Made by a program: the position numbers and the translations under genes. This document shows, in pieces, positions 20,648-31,960 of a DNA stretch of 64,000 bases. The stretch comes from a virus (taxonomy: Duplodnaviria > Heunggongvirae > Uroviricota > Caudoviricetes), in the IMG/VR virus record IMGVR_UViG_3300044858_003749. One strand, given 5' to 3'. The notes beneath the pieces were generated by a model. It had not been told where the DNA came from. It saw only the letters and a program-made list of their open reading frames with translations, and did not search any database. The first letter of the stretch is position 1, and every line of letters begins with the position of its first letter.

Positions 20648-21304
20648 ATGATAGACTTATCAAGACATAAAATTAACGAGACTGGAGCAAAAACTGATCC
20701 AGAGACGATTACTTATGGTAATAAGGATGGTGCTATCCATTTTGGATATTTGTACTCGGCCAATTTGGATGCAACATCGGCTCAGGCAGTTGCCGGTGTT
20801 CATCTTCAGGGATTTCACTCACTCCATTATATTAGTTTATTGAAAAACGGTCCTATGAAAGGATCAACAATTAATCGTTGTCCTGGCCCGTTTCAAATTG
20901 TTTGTGCGTCAGAGCACGCAGGAAATATTGGAGATACTAATGGAAATGGATTTTTTCTTTTTGCTGAAAACGGAGATGTTGTTATTCGGGCGCCAAACGG
21001 AAGAGTCAGAATCTCAGGATTAGACGTTGATATAAGAGCCGAAGGTTCTGATAATTCCAGAGGAAGCATAAATTTAGATTCAAACCAATCAATAAATCTA
21101 AAGACTGGTAGTTTTGATGTGAAGGCCACTCTCGGTGTTAAGATGTTTACACCCAAGAGCATAGATATTATTGCTAACACGACTCTTGGTTTGGTCAGCA
21201 ATTTCGTCAACGGCCTAACAGCAGCTTCCAAGACAAGGCCCGCCAAAAATATTCCACCAGAAGCATCTACTGCTAAATTTATACGTTCGCAAAATTATAA
21301 TTAA
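20648..21304 (+). CDS. virion structural protein (hypothetical)
   Basis: 218-aa ORF, tightly packed after the spike gene. Confidence 0.4.
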   Translation: MIDLSRHKINETGAKTDPETITYGNKDGAIHFGYLYSANLDATSAQAVAGVHLQGFHSLHYISLLKNGPMKGSTINRCPGPFQIVCASEHAGNIGDTNGNGFFLFAENGDVVIRAPNGRVRISGLDVDIRAEGSDNSRGSINLDSNQSINLKTGSFDVKATLGVKMFTPKSIDIIANTTLGLVSNFVNGLTAASKTRPAKNIPPEASTAKFIRSQNYN

Positions 21305-21306
21305 TT

Positions 21307-22098
21307 ATGGCATTTTCACAAGATGATGTTTACATCAGTCATCAACTTTCTATTGGTGAAGGTTTTCCCAAAAGAGTATTGAAGACCGGCGATGAAAAAG
21401 TTCGCGGATCTGCGGCGATTGAAGGTCCGGTTGTTATTGGTTCTTTAGACTCCTGGAATCAACAGACAGCAACGGTTATGATTGGTCCAGATGAGAATAC
21501 TGATTCTGCAGGACCACAGTTGGATGATGCTATTATTAGTTGTGGTAGTCACAATAATTCACCTTATTCTCTGCATGTAGTTGGTGACGGTAGAATTGAT
21601 GATAATCTAGATGTAAAACGAGATGTAAATGCTGGTGGAATAGTAAGAGCAGGAAATAATATTGAATCTCAAGGTGATGTGACTGCATTATGTGGCGCCC
21701 ATCGTTTATCACTGAAAAAGAATTTTGATATTCCTCACCCAACAAAACCTGGTTGGCGCCTAAGACATACGTGTACTGAGGCTCCTTATAATGATGTCTA
21801 CATACGGGGAAGGCTCAAACATCAAAACGAAATTATTCTCCCTGATTATTGGGAAGAGTTCGTAGATGTCAAATCCATAACAGTGAATGTAACACCCATC
21901 GGTGTATCACAGCATATTATGGTTTCAGGAATAACAAAGAAAAAAATTATTTTATCATCAAATTCCGTATTACCGATAGATTGTTTTTATCACGTATTTG
22001 CCACAAGAGCTGATGGTGATGTTCTTATTCCAGAATATGAAGGAAACACACCAGACGATTATCCCGGAAACAATTCAGAATATCTTATTAACAAATAA
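21307..22098 (+). CDS. virion structural protein (hypothetical)
   Basis: 263-aa ORF. Confidence 0.4.
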   Translation: MAFSQDDVYISHQLSIGEGFPKRVLKTGDEKVRGSAAIEGPVVIGSLDSWNQQTATVMIGPDENTDSAGPQLDDAIISCGSHNNSPYSLHVVGDGRIDDNLDVKRDVNAGGIVRAGNNIESQGDVTALCGAHRLSLKKNFDIPHPTKPGWRLRHTCTEAPYNDVYIRGRLKHQNEIILPDYWEEFVDVKSITVNVTPIGVSQHIMVSGITKKKIILSSNSVLPIDCFYHVFATRADGDVLIPEYEGNTPDDYPGNNSEYLINK

Positions 22099-22773
22099 AA
22101 TGAAAGTAACCAGAGAAGTTAGCAACGAACTTATTGAACTACAAGAGGATGTCGCATCTCAATTTTGTCAAGATAATTTTCCCATAAGTGGTGAACTTTA
22201 TTGGACTCTCGTTGAATCTATTGCAACCGCAAAACTGGCGGAAATTCAATCTTAACCAATTTACAAACTGGCATAGCCTAATCTCAAACCTTGGACGGAT
22301 GTGGTATGATTGATTCATCTTCGCACTTGAAGTCATGAAAATTCAAAAGTCTACAATTCAATCAGCTTATCAACAATATCTTCAATCGGGAAATGACGAT
22401 TGGTCTGCAAGAACATCAGTTATTGAATCAATTATCAATATCGCTGATGTGGAAGACGAGAATTATGTTGAGCCACAAAGTCCAGAGTATTACTTCACAA
22501 TCCAAACTATTTGGAATCTTTGTGATTCATGAGACCGGAAACCCGCAAAGCTATGGAAATGTTGTTTGCCGCTAAATGGAATCTTCCAAAGGCGGCAGAG
22601 TATTGTAATCTTACAAATAAAGAATGCAAAATCGTTTTTAGTGAATATTGTATGTTGAATCCACCTACATACCATGAAACTTAAAAAACCGCTTTTACGT
22701 TACCTTTTCTATCTGATAATTATAAGCTAATGACAAAGATTTTGCTAGATGTATTTCTTATTTTTGGTGTTGT

Positions 22774-23082
22774 TTGTTTTGCGTCACTTCTTCTAACTCT
22801 AAATTAATGTATAATCTATCTGTAGATTATCATTGGTATCGGACTCCTGAAAACGACGTAGAAATTATAAAAGTCTTTAATATCAATAACATTACTTATT
22901 CCTTTGATTATATTCCTTCTTTAGAATTAGATAATCCGTCTGTTGTTGAGATTGCTGAAAATAACCCGGTTCTAACAGCAGACGATCTTTTTAGAATGTC
23001 TTATTATCTTGTTGCCGAGATGGTTCATCCTCTTCTTTTTGAATTAGAAGTTGATGATCCATCGCTTCTTCCCAAGGATTAG
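22774..23082 (+). CDS. hypothetical protein
   Basis: 102-aa ORF. Confidence 0.3.
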   Translation: MFCVTSSNSKLMYNLSVDYHWYRTPENDVEIIKVFNINNITYSFDYIPSLELDNPSVVEIAENNPVLTADDLFRMSYYLVAEMVHPLLFELEVDDPSLLPKD

Positions 23083-23087
23083 TGGGC

Positions 23088-23095
23088 GATAAATA
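23088..23095 (+). promoter_or_regulatory. late-promoter-like box GATAAATA
   Basis: An NATAAATA box about 27 nt upstream of the 23122 ATG. Confidence 0.3.
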
Positions 23096-23121
23096 ATAAC
23101 ACAAGGAATGTTATAGAACCC

Positions 23122-26100
23122 ATGAGTCTGACTAGGCTGGAGAATTTTTTACGATCTGTTAAAGGGTCTACAATTTATGTAAACAGTGATAGCTTAGATT
23201 CCACTGATAGTATTGAAAATACCGGGTCTTCTCTTACAAGACCATTTAAAACAATTCAACGTGCTTTAATTGAGGCAGTTAGATACAGCTATAGAGCTGG
23301 TTTGGATAATGACCGATTTGGTAAAACAACCATTATCGTCTATCCTGGAGAATATGATATTGACAATAGACCCGGTGTTCTTATTAAAGACGACGGGTCT
23401 TTGCTGTATAGAAATAGTCTTACCGCTTCTCTCCCCGAATGGAATCTTTCCAGCAATTTTGATATCTATAACCAGAATAACGAATTATACAAACTTAACT
23501 CTATTCATGGTGGAGTTTTTATTCCTCGTGGTGCTACTCTGTGGGCTTATGATCTAAGAAAAACTATTATACGACCACTTTACGTCCCTAGTCCAACGAA
23601 CAATAGTATAGAAGAAAGTTCAGTATTCCGACTAACTGGCGCATCTCTCCCAGAAAGATTCACTTTTCTTGATTCAAATCCAAATGGCTCCTGCTATAAG
23701 GATTATACGTCTAATAAATTCGCTCCTATTTTCTCCCACCATAAACTACACTGTTATCTCAATGCTGATGGTGTTAATGATGTAGTAGTTAATGATGATT
23801 TTCTCAACGTAACTACAACAAGAACTGATCTTGAAATGTATTATGAGAAAATCTCTCTTGTTTATGGTGAATCCTCTGGCAGAGAAATTCAAGACGTAAT
23901 TTATTCACCTAATCTTTCTCTTGATCTAGAACCTATTATTGATGAGATTCGTATTGTAGGTTCAAAAGGAAAAGAAGTAGGAATCACAACAATTCGCTCT
24001 GGTGATGGTGTAACACCATCAACCACAATAACAGTATTTGTCTCAGAAGAATTAACCGACGTTAGCGTAGACACTCCAATTCAAATTAGCGGTGTTGGAC
24101 AAGCTGGCTATGATGGTCAATTTGTTGTTTATAATGTAATAAGCTCTTCTCAGTTAGAATATAAAACATCAATTGTTCCAACAGTTGCAAGTCCGTCTAC
24201 TGTAGGATCAACTCTTAATATTGTTGTTGATAGTGTAACATCAGCTTCACCGTACATAAAAACCAATACACTAAGAAGTGTTTATGGTATGTGTGGTTAT
24301 AAGGCTGATGGTAATGTTGTTTCGGGTTTTAAGAGTGCCGTAGTATCAGAATTTACCGGAATTAGCGTTCAGAAAGATGATAACGCTTTCGTAAAATATG
24401 ATTCTGTTAGCGGAACTTATAGAGATTCAACAACGGTTCCCAATCTACATAAGGATCCAAGAGCAAGATATAAACCAGAATACGAACACTATCACCTAAA
24501 GTTTATCAATAATGCTTTTGGTGAAGTTGTGTCCAGCTTTGCTATTGGTATGGCAAATCAGTATGTCGTAGAATCTGGCGGAGATATTACTATAACCGCA
24601 TCCAAGTCTGATTTTGGTGCCAAAGCCTTGGTCTCTGATGGATTCAAAAAAGAGGCTTTTACTCAAGACGATCAAGGTTATTTTGTTGGGTTTGTTCCAC
24701 CGAAAATCGTTGGTACCAATACATTCAATGTGGAATTTTATTCTGTTGATGTTGGCCTAACAACTTCCGTTGCCAATAACACCAGGCTTTATATCTCAGA
24801 AGCAAAGAATATTGATTCACCCCCAATCCATCTTGTTGATGGTTACAGATTTGGTGCTAACAGTAATGAAATTCTAGGTGTTGAGCTGTCTAACGGAACC
24901 ACTGTTGGAATTTATACAGCTAAAGTCTTACAGCCGAATAGTGCAACATCTTCTGAAAAGTCATATACTGTTGCAAGAATCAATAATAACACAGAAAACT
25001 CCATAACTAATAACACCTTTAACCTGAATTCACCCCATAACATTGTAACAGGTGAAAAGATTAGAGTTGTGTCTGAAAATGGTCATCTTCCTGATGGTTT
25101 AATTTCTCATAGAGTTGGTTATGCTATCACTACGGGTTTACCTGCAACAAGAATTAAAATTGCGGAAACCTTCAATAATGCACTGTCTAATAATGCGATA
25201 ACTATAAATCGTAAAGGTGGAAATCTTAGTATTGTTAGTAAAGTATCCGATAAACTACCAGGAGAAGCCGGGCATCCTATTCAATGGGATTCAACCAATA
25301 ATAATTGGTATGTGAATGTTGATTCCACGAATTCTGTGTATTCTCAATTGAATACTTTAGGAGTCTCTGTTTTAGGATCTTCTACTCCAAGATCTTTTAT
25401 TTCAAGAACAACAGATTCTCGTTCAGATGAAGATAAGATTTTTAAAATTCAATATGTTATTCCATCAAACACTAATGTTTCAGGTAGACCACCGCTGGAA
25501 TCCTATGTGATTCAGGAGTCTAATGATGTTCTTTTAGATTCAACCGAAATTGTTAAATATTTCTCTGATTCTGTTTCAACTCTTAATAATGTATCAGAAC
25601 TGAGGAATTATCATTACATTTCTAATGTAACTTGGGATTCTGGTTTTGCTACCGTCTGGACTGAAACTCCACACAATCTTTCTATTGGAACAAAAATTGA
25701 AAGTATTAATGTTATTGAAGGTGAATACCTTGTAAGTGGCATTGTTGATGATAAAAAATTCACTGTTCCTCTTTCTACCAATCCCGGAACATTTAATGTA
25801 GATACAACACAAAGAAATCAAAATCTTCCATACTTTAAAAAGCTGGAGACTGCAAATACATATCAAATTTATAAAGTAAACGAAGTTCAAGAGTATATCT
25901 ATAATAAGCAAGACGGTGTTTATGAGTTTATTGTTGTAAATACCTCTAATTCTCCGACTGTTTCTCCATTCCAAGGTCTTAAATTCTCTCAACCAATAGA
26001 GAACCTATATCCGCAATTAGATAGAGATAATGTAGAATCTGATCCAGATTCAGCACTATGTTTTGCTCTTCCAGATAAGATCGGTGAAGTTGTTATCAAT

Positions 26101-27789
26101 AAAGAACAGAACTCCTTAACAAAGGAAACCAAGTATAAAATAGATAAAGACTTTAATCATGGTTATGAGGTTGTAAATATCATTTCAAATTCTTCTGGTA
26201 TTGCTCATACTTTTACTACCGGAACAACCCACAACCTCAGAGGTATAACAAATCTATCACTTCTTACCGCTGGTAGTAATTATATTCCAGGGACTTATTA
26301 TGCTGCTAATGTGTTAGCCCAAGAGGGAACCGGAAGAAATGCTAATGCGAGAATTACTGTAAATGGTAGTGGCTTTGTTAGTGGACTCCAAATTATGGAT
26401 GGTGGTGCGGCCTATTGTGTTGGTGATGTTGCTAATCTAGTTCCTGTTGCGGGAATTGGAACAACAACCGGCTTTGTTCCTGCTACTATTATTGTAACAA
26501 GTGTAAATGATAATCTGAATGATACTTTCTATTTTAATAATAGCACCACACCATTTAGAATCACTGCCGTTGAGGATCATAATAAAATTCAGGTTTCGTC
26601 TGCTACAACCGCAGTAGGATTGGATAATGGTGATATTACACCCTCAGGTAAGGCTATTTCAATAACAACCTTTAGTTATTCTCCAACCACTGGTATAGCA
26701 ACGGCAATTTGCTCTGGTTCACATGGATTCCAGGTTAATGAAACCACAATTTTAGGTGGATTTGATTCTGAATTTTATAACAAACAAGTTCTAATTAAAC
26801 AAGTTCCTGATATCACGTCTATTATTGTGGATCTAGGTAAAAATACAACTTCTCCGGTAACTACTGGAACTCCGTTTGTCTATCCGACATTGACGGCAAA
26901 TCACGGAAAAGTCTTGTATCCTTATGGTGGTATAAGTGCAACACTAGCGTCACAATTAACTTCAGAGTCTACTTCTGATGTATTAACAATTGCCAACGCT
27001 GTGAGTCTCGGTCTTATTATTGGGGATTTTGTTAAAGTTGACGATGAGGTATTCAGAATTAAATCCGATATCACATCTAATAATATTTCTGTCTTCCGCG
27101 CCCAACTGGGTACTAAGAAACAAACTCACCCAATTAATTCGGTTGTCAGAAAAATCAAAGTTACTCCCGTTGAATTAAGAAAGAGTTCTAGCATTAGGGC
27201 TTCTGCTCATACTTTTGAATCAGTTGGTTTTGGTCCTGGTAACTATTCAACGGCTCTCCCAGAGAGACAGACTATAACGATAACAACAAAAGAAAAAAAT
27301 CTGGCACATAGCTTTAAGACAAATTCTGGAGTTATTAATTATAGTGCTAATGATGAAAATGGTGATCTTTACACAACCAATAAGAAAACTTATGCTCATA
27401 CCGGAGTTGAAGAAGTTTATGAATCTCCAATTTCTAATATTCTAGGTGATCCGAAAACAAATGATCTCCTCACCAGTAGTAATGTTATTGTAAATAATAC
27501 CATTAAGATTTCTGGTGGATCTGAAGGCGATTTATTATCTGAGATTTATGGCCCTCTTGTTTTGAATAATAAGCTAACTTCTTATTCAGATAAGGGTATT
27601 GAGGCTCCTTGTTTTCTCATTCAAGGTCAAGAGTCAACATCCAGAAAAATTGGTGTTGGTTCAACTACTCCGACTTCTGGTGGTTATGGAGATATTATCT
27701 TCAACAGTAAGCCAAAAAATGGTGGATATATTGGTTGGTCTTATACCGTTGACAATAGATGGATTGGTTTTGGTAAAATCGGTTCTTAA
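23122..27789 (+). CDS. very large structural protein (tail-fibre or baseplate-associated)
   Basis: 1555 aa, Ser/Thr/Asn/Gly-rich with many beta-strand-like repeats. Confidence 0.6.
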   Translation: MSLTRLENFLRSVKGSTIYVNSDSLDSTDSIENTGSSLTRPFKTIQRALIEAVRYSYRAGLDNDRFGKTTIIVYPGEYDIDNRPGVLIKDDGSLLYRNSLTASLPEWNLSSNFDIYNQNNELYKLNSIHGGVFIPRGATLWAYDLRKTIIRPLYVPSPTNNSIEESSVFRLTGASLPERFTFLDSNPNGSCYKDYTSNKFAPIFSHHKLHCYLNADGVNDVVVNDDFLNVTTTRTDLEMYYEKISLVYGESSGREIQDVIYSPNLSLDLEPIIDEIRIVGSKGKEVGITTIRSGDGVTPSTTITVFVSEELTDVSVDTPIQISGVGQAGYDGQFVVYNVISSSQLEYKTSIVPTVASPSTVGSTLNIVVDSVTSASPYIKTNTLRSVYGMCGYKADGNVVSGFKSAVVSEFTGISVQKDDNAFVKYDSVSGTYRDSTTVPNLHKDPRARYKPEYEHYHLKFINNAFGEVVSSFAIGMANQYVVESGGDITITASKSDFGAKALVSDGFKKEAFTQDDQGYFVGFVPPKIVGTNTFNVEFYSVDVGLTTSVANNTRLYISEAKNIDSPPIHLVDGYRFGANSNEILGVELSNGTTVGIYTAKVLQPNSATSSEKSYTVARINNNTENSITNNTFNLNSPHNIVTGEKIRVVSENGHLPDGLISHRVGYAITTGLPATRIKIAETFNNALSNNAITINRKGGNLSIVSKVSDKLPGEAGHPIQWDSTNNNWYVNVDSTNSVYSQLNTLGVSVLGSSTPRSFISRTTDSRSDEDKIFKIQYVIPSNTNVSGRPPLESYVIQESNDVLLDSTEIVKYFSDSVSTLNNVSELRNYHYISNVTWDSGFATVWTETPHNLSIGTKIESINVIEGEYLVSGIVDDKKFTVPLSTNPGTFNVDTTQRNQNLPYFKKLETANTYQIYKVNEVQEYIYNKQDGVYEFIVVNTSNSPTVSPFQGLKFSQPIENLYPQLDRDNVESDPDSALCFALPDKIGEVVINKEQNSLTKETKYKIDKDFNHGYEVVNIISNSSGIAHTFTTGTTHNLRGITNLSLLTAGSNYIPGTYYAANVLAQEGTGRNANARITVNGSGFVSGLQIMDGGAAYCVGDVANLVPVAGIGTTTGFVPATIIVTSVNDNLNDTFYFNNSTTPFRITAVEDHNKIQVSSATTAVGLDNGDITPSGKAISITTFSYSPTTGIATAICSGSHGFQVNETTILGGFDSEFYNKQVLIKQVPDITSIIVDLGKNTTSPVTTGTPFVYPTLTANHGKVLYPYGGISATLASQLTSESTSDVLTIANAVSLGLIIGDFVKVDDEVFRIKSDITSNNISVFRAQLGTKKQTHPINSVVRKIKVTPVELRKSSSIRASAHTFESVGFGPGNYSTALPERQTITITTKEKNLAHSFKTNSGVINYSANDENGDLYTTNKKTYAHTGVEEVYESPISNILGDPKTNDLLTSSNVIVNNTIKISGGSEGDLLSEIYGPLVLNNKLTSYSDKGIEAPCFLIQGQESTSRKIGVGSTTPTSGGYGDIIFNSKPKNGGYIGWSYTVDNRWIGFGKIGS

Positions 27790-27790
27790 T

Positions 27791-27798
27791 TATAAATA
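27791..27798 (+). promoter_or_regulatory. T4-type late promoter TATAAATA
   Basis: An exact TATAAATA 30 nt upstream of the 27828 ATG. Confidence 0.5.
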
Positions 27799-27827
27799 AT
27801 AAAAAGAGTGGATAGGGAAACTCTATT

Positions 27828-29993
27828 ATGGCAAATAATAATTTTGTTGTAAAGAACGGAATTGAAGTAGCAAATAAGTTACTTTATGCTGATTCTATTA
27901 CCAATAGAGTTGGTATTGGAACTTCAACTCCGACTGTGGAATTGGATGTTGCTGGTGATGTTAGACTAGACAATCTAACTATTTCTGAGATTTTATCGTT
28001 ATATGGTAATGTCCGGCTTAATGGTCAACTAGGTTCGGAAGGGGATATTTTATCCGTAACTGGTACTGGTGTTACCTGGCGCCCAGCACCAGGATTGAGA
28101 AGTCTTGCTAGTTTTAATGCAACTCAAGATCAGTTTATTTTTAACGTTCTTTATACACCAGCCAATGGTGTTGATGTTTTCTTAAACGGTGCTAGATTAT
28201 CAGCTAGTGATTATGTTGCAAGTAACGGAACAACTGTAGAATTAATTGTTCCTTGTTATGCCGGGGATAAGGTAGACATTGTTTCCTACTCAGTTTTCGG
28301 TGAATCAAATCCTGGTATAACGATTAAAGAAAATTCGGTCGCTGTTGGTTCTAATAATGCTATCAACGAAATCAACTTTGTTGGCTTCACAAGTGTATCT
28401 TTAAGCAGTAGTGGTCTGGGTATTAGTGTATTCAGTAATTTTTATGAATTTGATAATATAGATCTGACTGGTAAGCTAGCTTTCTATGAAGATACTCCTA
28501 ACTGCCCAAATTATATCGGGTTTCAGGCTCCTTCAGCATTTACTACATCAACCACATATACTCTTCCAACAGCCTATCCACCTGATCCTGGAATGGTATT
28601 ATCGTCAAATACCGTTGGTATTCTGACTTGGGTTACTGGCGTTGGTGGCAGCAGTGGTGGTGCATTTAGTTACATTAACGTTGATAATATTACGTCAACA
28701 AATTTAACATCCCACCCCAGTTTAACTTCAGCTAATCACAACTTTTTTGTTGGCAGCAATAGCGGCACATCTATTACTTCTGGTGATGATAATACTTTTA
28801 TTGGTCGGGATTCAGGAAGAACTAATACAATTGGTGCCCAAAACGTTTTTATTGGTTATGAAGCGGGAAGATCTAACATTGATGGGGGATCTAACGTTTT
28901 TATTGGTCGCGGGGCGGGTTATTCTAACAATTACGCATATTCCAATGTTTTTATTGGTGATCAAGCAGGAAGAAGTAATACAGTTGGAAACAATAACGTA
29001 TTTCTAGGTTTTTATGCTGGTAATGGTAATGTGGGAGGTGAACATAATGTTTTTACCGGAACCTACGCAGGCACGAGTGTTGCTAGTGGTTCATATAATA
29101 TTATGTCTGGATATCTAGCTGGAAGAGAGTCTACTGGTTCTAATAACATTTTTCTTGGAGCTTCTGCTGGTTCCAATCATATATCTGGGGATTATAATAT
29201 AGCTATTGGCCCTGCTGCCGGAGGAAAGGGTGGATCATTCAATATTGCTATGGGGTCGGATGCTGGGCAGAATAATATAGGAACTCGGAATATCTTCATA
29301 GGTGAAGACTCTGGTTTGCGGAATACAACGGGTAATTATAATAGTTTTTATGGTAGAAACTCTGGCAGTGAAAATAAGACTGGTTCTAGTAACATTTGTA
29401 TTGGTGATTTTTCTGGTTGGAATAATATTAGTGGTAATCAGAATCTTTATCTTGGTGCTTCTTCGGGTGTTTCCACTAACGCTTCGTATAAAGTAATCAT
29501 AGGTAATGGTAGATATCTAGACCAAGCGAATCCTTTTGATTCCCCAAGTACAACCAAAGATTTACAATTAGCCATCGGTATGAGAACCGATACTAATGCC
29601 AGTAAGTATTGGATAGTTGGTGATGAGAATTTCAACATTGGTATCGGAACAACTGCCCCAACTTCTAAATTAGATGTTATTGGAATCACAAGACTTCAAG
29701 ATAATGTTACAATTGGTTCTGGTTCTACAATGTTAGGATCCAGACTAACTGTTAATGGAAATTCTAATTTTCTTGGTATAGCAACTATTGGTATTGGATC
29801 TACTGTTGGTGCGCCAACATTAGATGTTCGTGGTAATGCTAGTATTAGTGGTATTGTTACTGTTGGATTGGGAACTACTTCTAGCCCGTCTAATTCTTCT
29901 ATGAGTTTTGAGCTTACAACAAATACATCTTTGATTATAAAAGTCAGAGGAACTGATGGTGTTCTTAGAAGTACAACTCTCACATTAGCATAA
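27828..29993 (+). CDS. tail-fibre protein with tandem ~15-aa beta-helix repeats
   Basis: 721 aa. About 14 consecutive repeats of the form 'N-FIG--AG--NT-G' between roughly aa 300 and 520. Confidence 0.6.
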   Translation: MANNNFVVKNGIEVANKLLYADSITNRVGIGTSTPTVELDVAGDVRLDNLTISEILSLYGNVRLNGQLGSEGDILSVTGTGVTWRPAPGLRSLASFNATQDQFIFNVLYTPANGVDVFLNGARLSASDYVASNGTTVELIVPCYAGDKVDIVSYSVFGESNPGITIKENSVAVGSNNAINEINFVGFTSVSLSSSGLGISVFSNFYEFDNIDLTGKLAFYEDTPNCPNYIGFQAPSAFTTSTTYTLPTAYPPDPGMVLSSNTVGILTWVTGVGGSSGGAFSYINVDNITSTNLTSHPSLTSANHNFFVGSNSGTSITSGDDNTFIGRDSGRTNTIGAQNVFIGYEAGRSNIDGGSNVFIGRGAGYSNNYAYSNVFIGDQAGRSNTVGNNNVFLGFYAGNGNVGGEHNVFTGTYAGTSVASGSYNIMSGYLAGRESTGSNNIFLGASAGSNHISGDYNIAIGPAAGGKGGSFNIAMGSDAGQNNIGTRNIFIGEDSGLRNTTGNYNSFYGRNSGSENKTGSSNICIGDFSGWNNISGNQNLYLGASSGVSTNASYKVIIGNGRYLDQANPFDSPSTTKDLQLAIGMRTDTNASKYWIVGDENFNIGIGTTAPTSKLDVIGITRLQDNVTIGSGSTMLGSRLTVNGNSNFLGIATIGIGSTVGAPTLDVRGNASISGIVTVGLGTTSSPSNSSMSFELTTNTSLIIKVRGTDGVLRSTTLTLA

Positions 29994-30001
29994 AATAACC
30001 A

Positions 30002-31396
30002 ATGACCTATCCTAACAGAGAACTATCACAGTTTGCATCATTTTTAAAAGTTAATGATGTAAATCAAAAAATAGCAATAACAACCTCAGCAACCCCTTAT
30101 ATTGGTATTGGTTTAACTAATCCTTCTGAAAAGTTAGAAGTATTGGGTAACATAAAAGCCAGTGGTGTTGTGAGCGCAACTCAATATTTTGGTGATGGAA
30201 GTTCTTTGAGCAATGTAACTGCTATTGTGAATGGATATTTTGTTAATACTGTATCTGGTATTTGGACTGGATCCAGTGTCGGAATTGGAACTACACTTTT
30301 TCCTAATAAGTTAAATGTTAATGGAAATGTTGGTGGATTTATTTTTTACTCTAATGCGCCGATTGGAACTGCACCTCTTAATGTTCAATCAACAACGAGA
30401 GTTAATAATCTCAATGTTCAATTTTTAGATGGTCTATCCGCACCTTCTAGTAATATTGTCGGTGAGTCTGATGTTCAAACTCTGGAGAATAAGACTCTTG
30501 TTCAGCCTGATATATCCATAATTAAAAATGGTTCGGCTAGTTTAACGGTGCCATCCACATCTGGCACTTTAATTAGTTCTGGATCTAGTGGTATTATTAC
30601 CAGTGGAATGTATGCAAGTGGAAGTATAAACGATTCTGTTATTTCTGTTGGCGCTGGAATTTCTTATGCTAAATTAAATCTAGGTAGTGCTATTAAGTCT
30701 TCTGATATTGATCCGAATAACAGAATTCAAAATAATAAGTTAGTAAATAGTACGATCTCTGGAGTTTCTCTTGGTAGTAATTTATTAAATTTAGTTGCTG
30801 GTAGTTATATTGACGGTGGTTCTTATAATGGCTCAGGTATTGTTACTTTTTCCATTCGGGCTAGTGTTGATAATGTTGCGAATACTCTTGTTGCTAGAGA
30901 TGCAAATGGTAATGTAAATATTCAGGGTGCTAATTTTAACGGATCTATTCCTATTGGTGGAATTATTATGTGGAGTGGTGCGACTGTTCCTTCTAGTTGG
31001 GCATTATGTAATGGTGCTACTGTTAATGGTGTTGCGACTCCAGATTTAAGAGATCGTTTTATTGTTGGTTCAGGTTCTGCTTATAACATTGGTAACACTG
31101 GTGGTGCGAATGCCGTTACTTTGAGTATAGCTCAGATGCCGGCACACGCTCATGGCGGAGTGACTAACACCGATTTTCCAGATCACACACATAACGTTTC
31201 ATTCCAAACAGAAAATGTGCCGAAGAACCCAGGCCAAACATCGGTTATAACACCTAAACCTAATCTCAATTTCACTGTCGGGAGCAGCGGAGCCACATCT
31301 AGACACCAACACTCAATTAGCGCCGAGGGTGGTTCCAGCGCACATGAAAACCGTCCACCATATTATGCTTTGGCTTTTATTATGCGAGTTCAATAA
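30002..31396 (+). CDS. tail-fibre protein with a C-terminal phage tail-collar domain
   Basis: C-terminal 'GGIIMWSGATVPSSWALCNGATVNGVATPDLRDRFIVGSG' matches the tail-collar pattern (G.I..W.G...P.GW..C.G......PDLR.RF). Confidence 0.65.
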   Translation: MTYPNRELSQFASFLKVNDVNQKIAITTSATPYIGIGLTNPSEKLEVLGNIKASGVVSATQYFGDGSSLSNVTAIVNGYFVNTVSGIWTGSSVGIGTTLFPNKLNVNGNVGGFIFYSNAPIGTAPLNVQSTTRVNNLNVQFLDGLSAPSSNIVGESDVQTLENKTLVQPDISIIKNGSASLTVPSTSGTLISSGSSGIITSGMYASGSINDSVISVGAGISYAKLNLGSAIKSSDIDPNNRIQNNKLVNSTISGVSLGSNLLNLVAGSYIDGGSYNGSGIVTFSIRASVDNVANTLVARDANGNVNIQGANFNGSIPIGGIIMWSGATVPSSWALCNGATVNGVATPDLRDRFIVGSGSAYNIGNTGGANAVTLSIAQMPAHAHGGVTNTDFPDHTHNVSFQTENVPKNPGQTSVITPKPNLNFTVGSSGATSRHQHSISAEGGSSAHENRPPYYALAFIMRVQ

Positions 31397-31960
31397 CGAA
31401 GATAAGAATCTTACCACAGAAACTCAAGACTGTCAATCCTCCGTGTGTCAATTCCAGAATCGGCATAGTGAAGGTTGACAGTTTCCCGTTTAGGGTGTAG
31501 GATCAGCCTTGTCAGCGTTGATGAACATTTACTATCTAATTAACTACTTATGAATAAAACACTAAAGATTACTAATGGTATTGAATCATTTGATATTGAA
31601 TGTACAAATAAGATTCATACTAGAGTCAGCGAAGAATGCCTACTTCAGATGACTTATAAGAACAAAATTATTCCAGAACAGGTAGTTCTACAAGTTCTGT
31701 TAGAAGAATTAAAAATTGCAAACAAAGAAGATTGGTCACTATGTATCTAATTTCAATCTGGTTTAATGTTCTAAATGGAACCTCATCCAATCATGAATTT
31801 TTTCATTTGATTAATTCTGGTTGGTTAGAGATGAAATTTATAGAAAAGTATGGAGATAATCCATCAGAAGAAGTTTACTGGGAATGGATGTATGAACATG
31901 CTGAAACAATTTATATTTCACAACAAGACTACGATTACCTAACTCGTGATGATGTTTTAA

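Noticed and set aside
11668-29983. Other minus-strand ORFs within the structural module (11668..11907, 12901..13179, 13459..13905, 16471..16778, 20893..21246, 25594..25992, 29447..29983)
   Set aside because: They are fully embedded in long plus-strand structural genes with coherent protein features. They have low-complexity translations and no RBS or start context.
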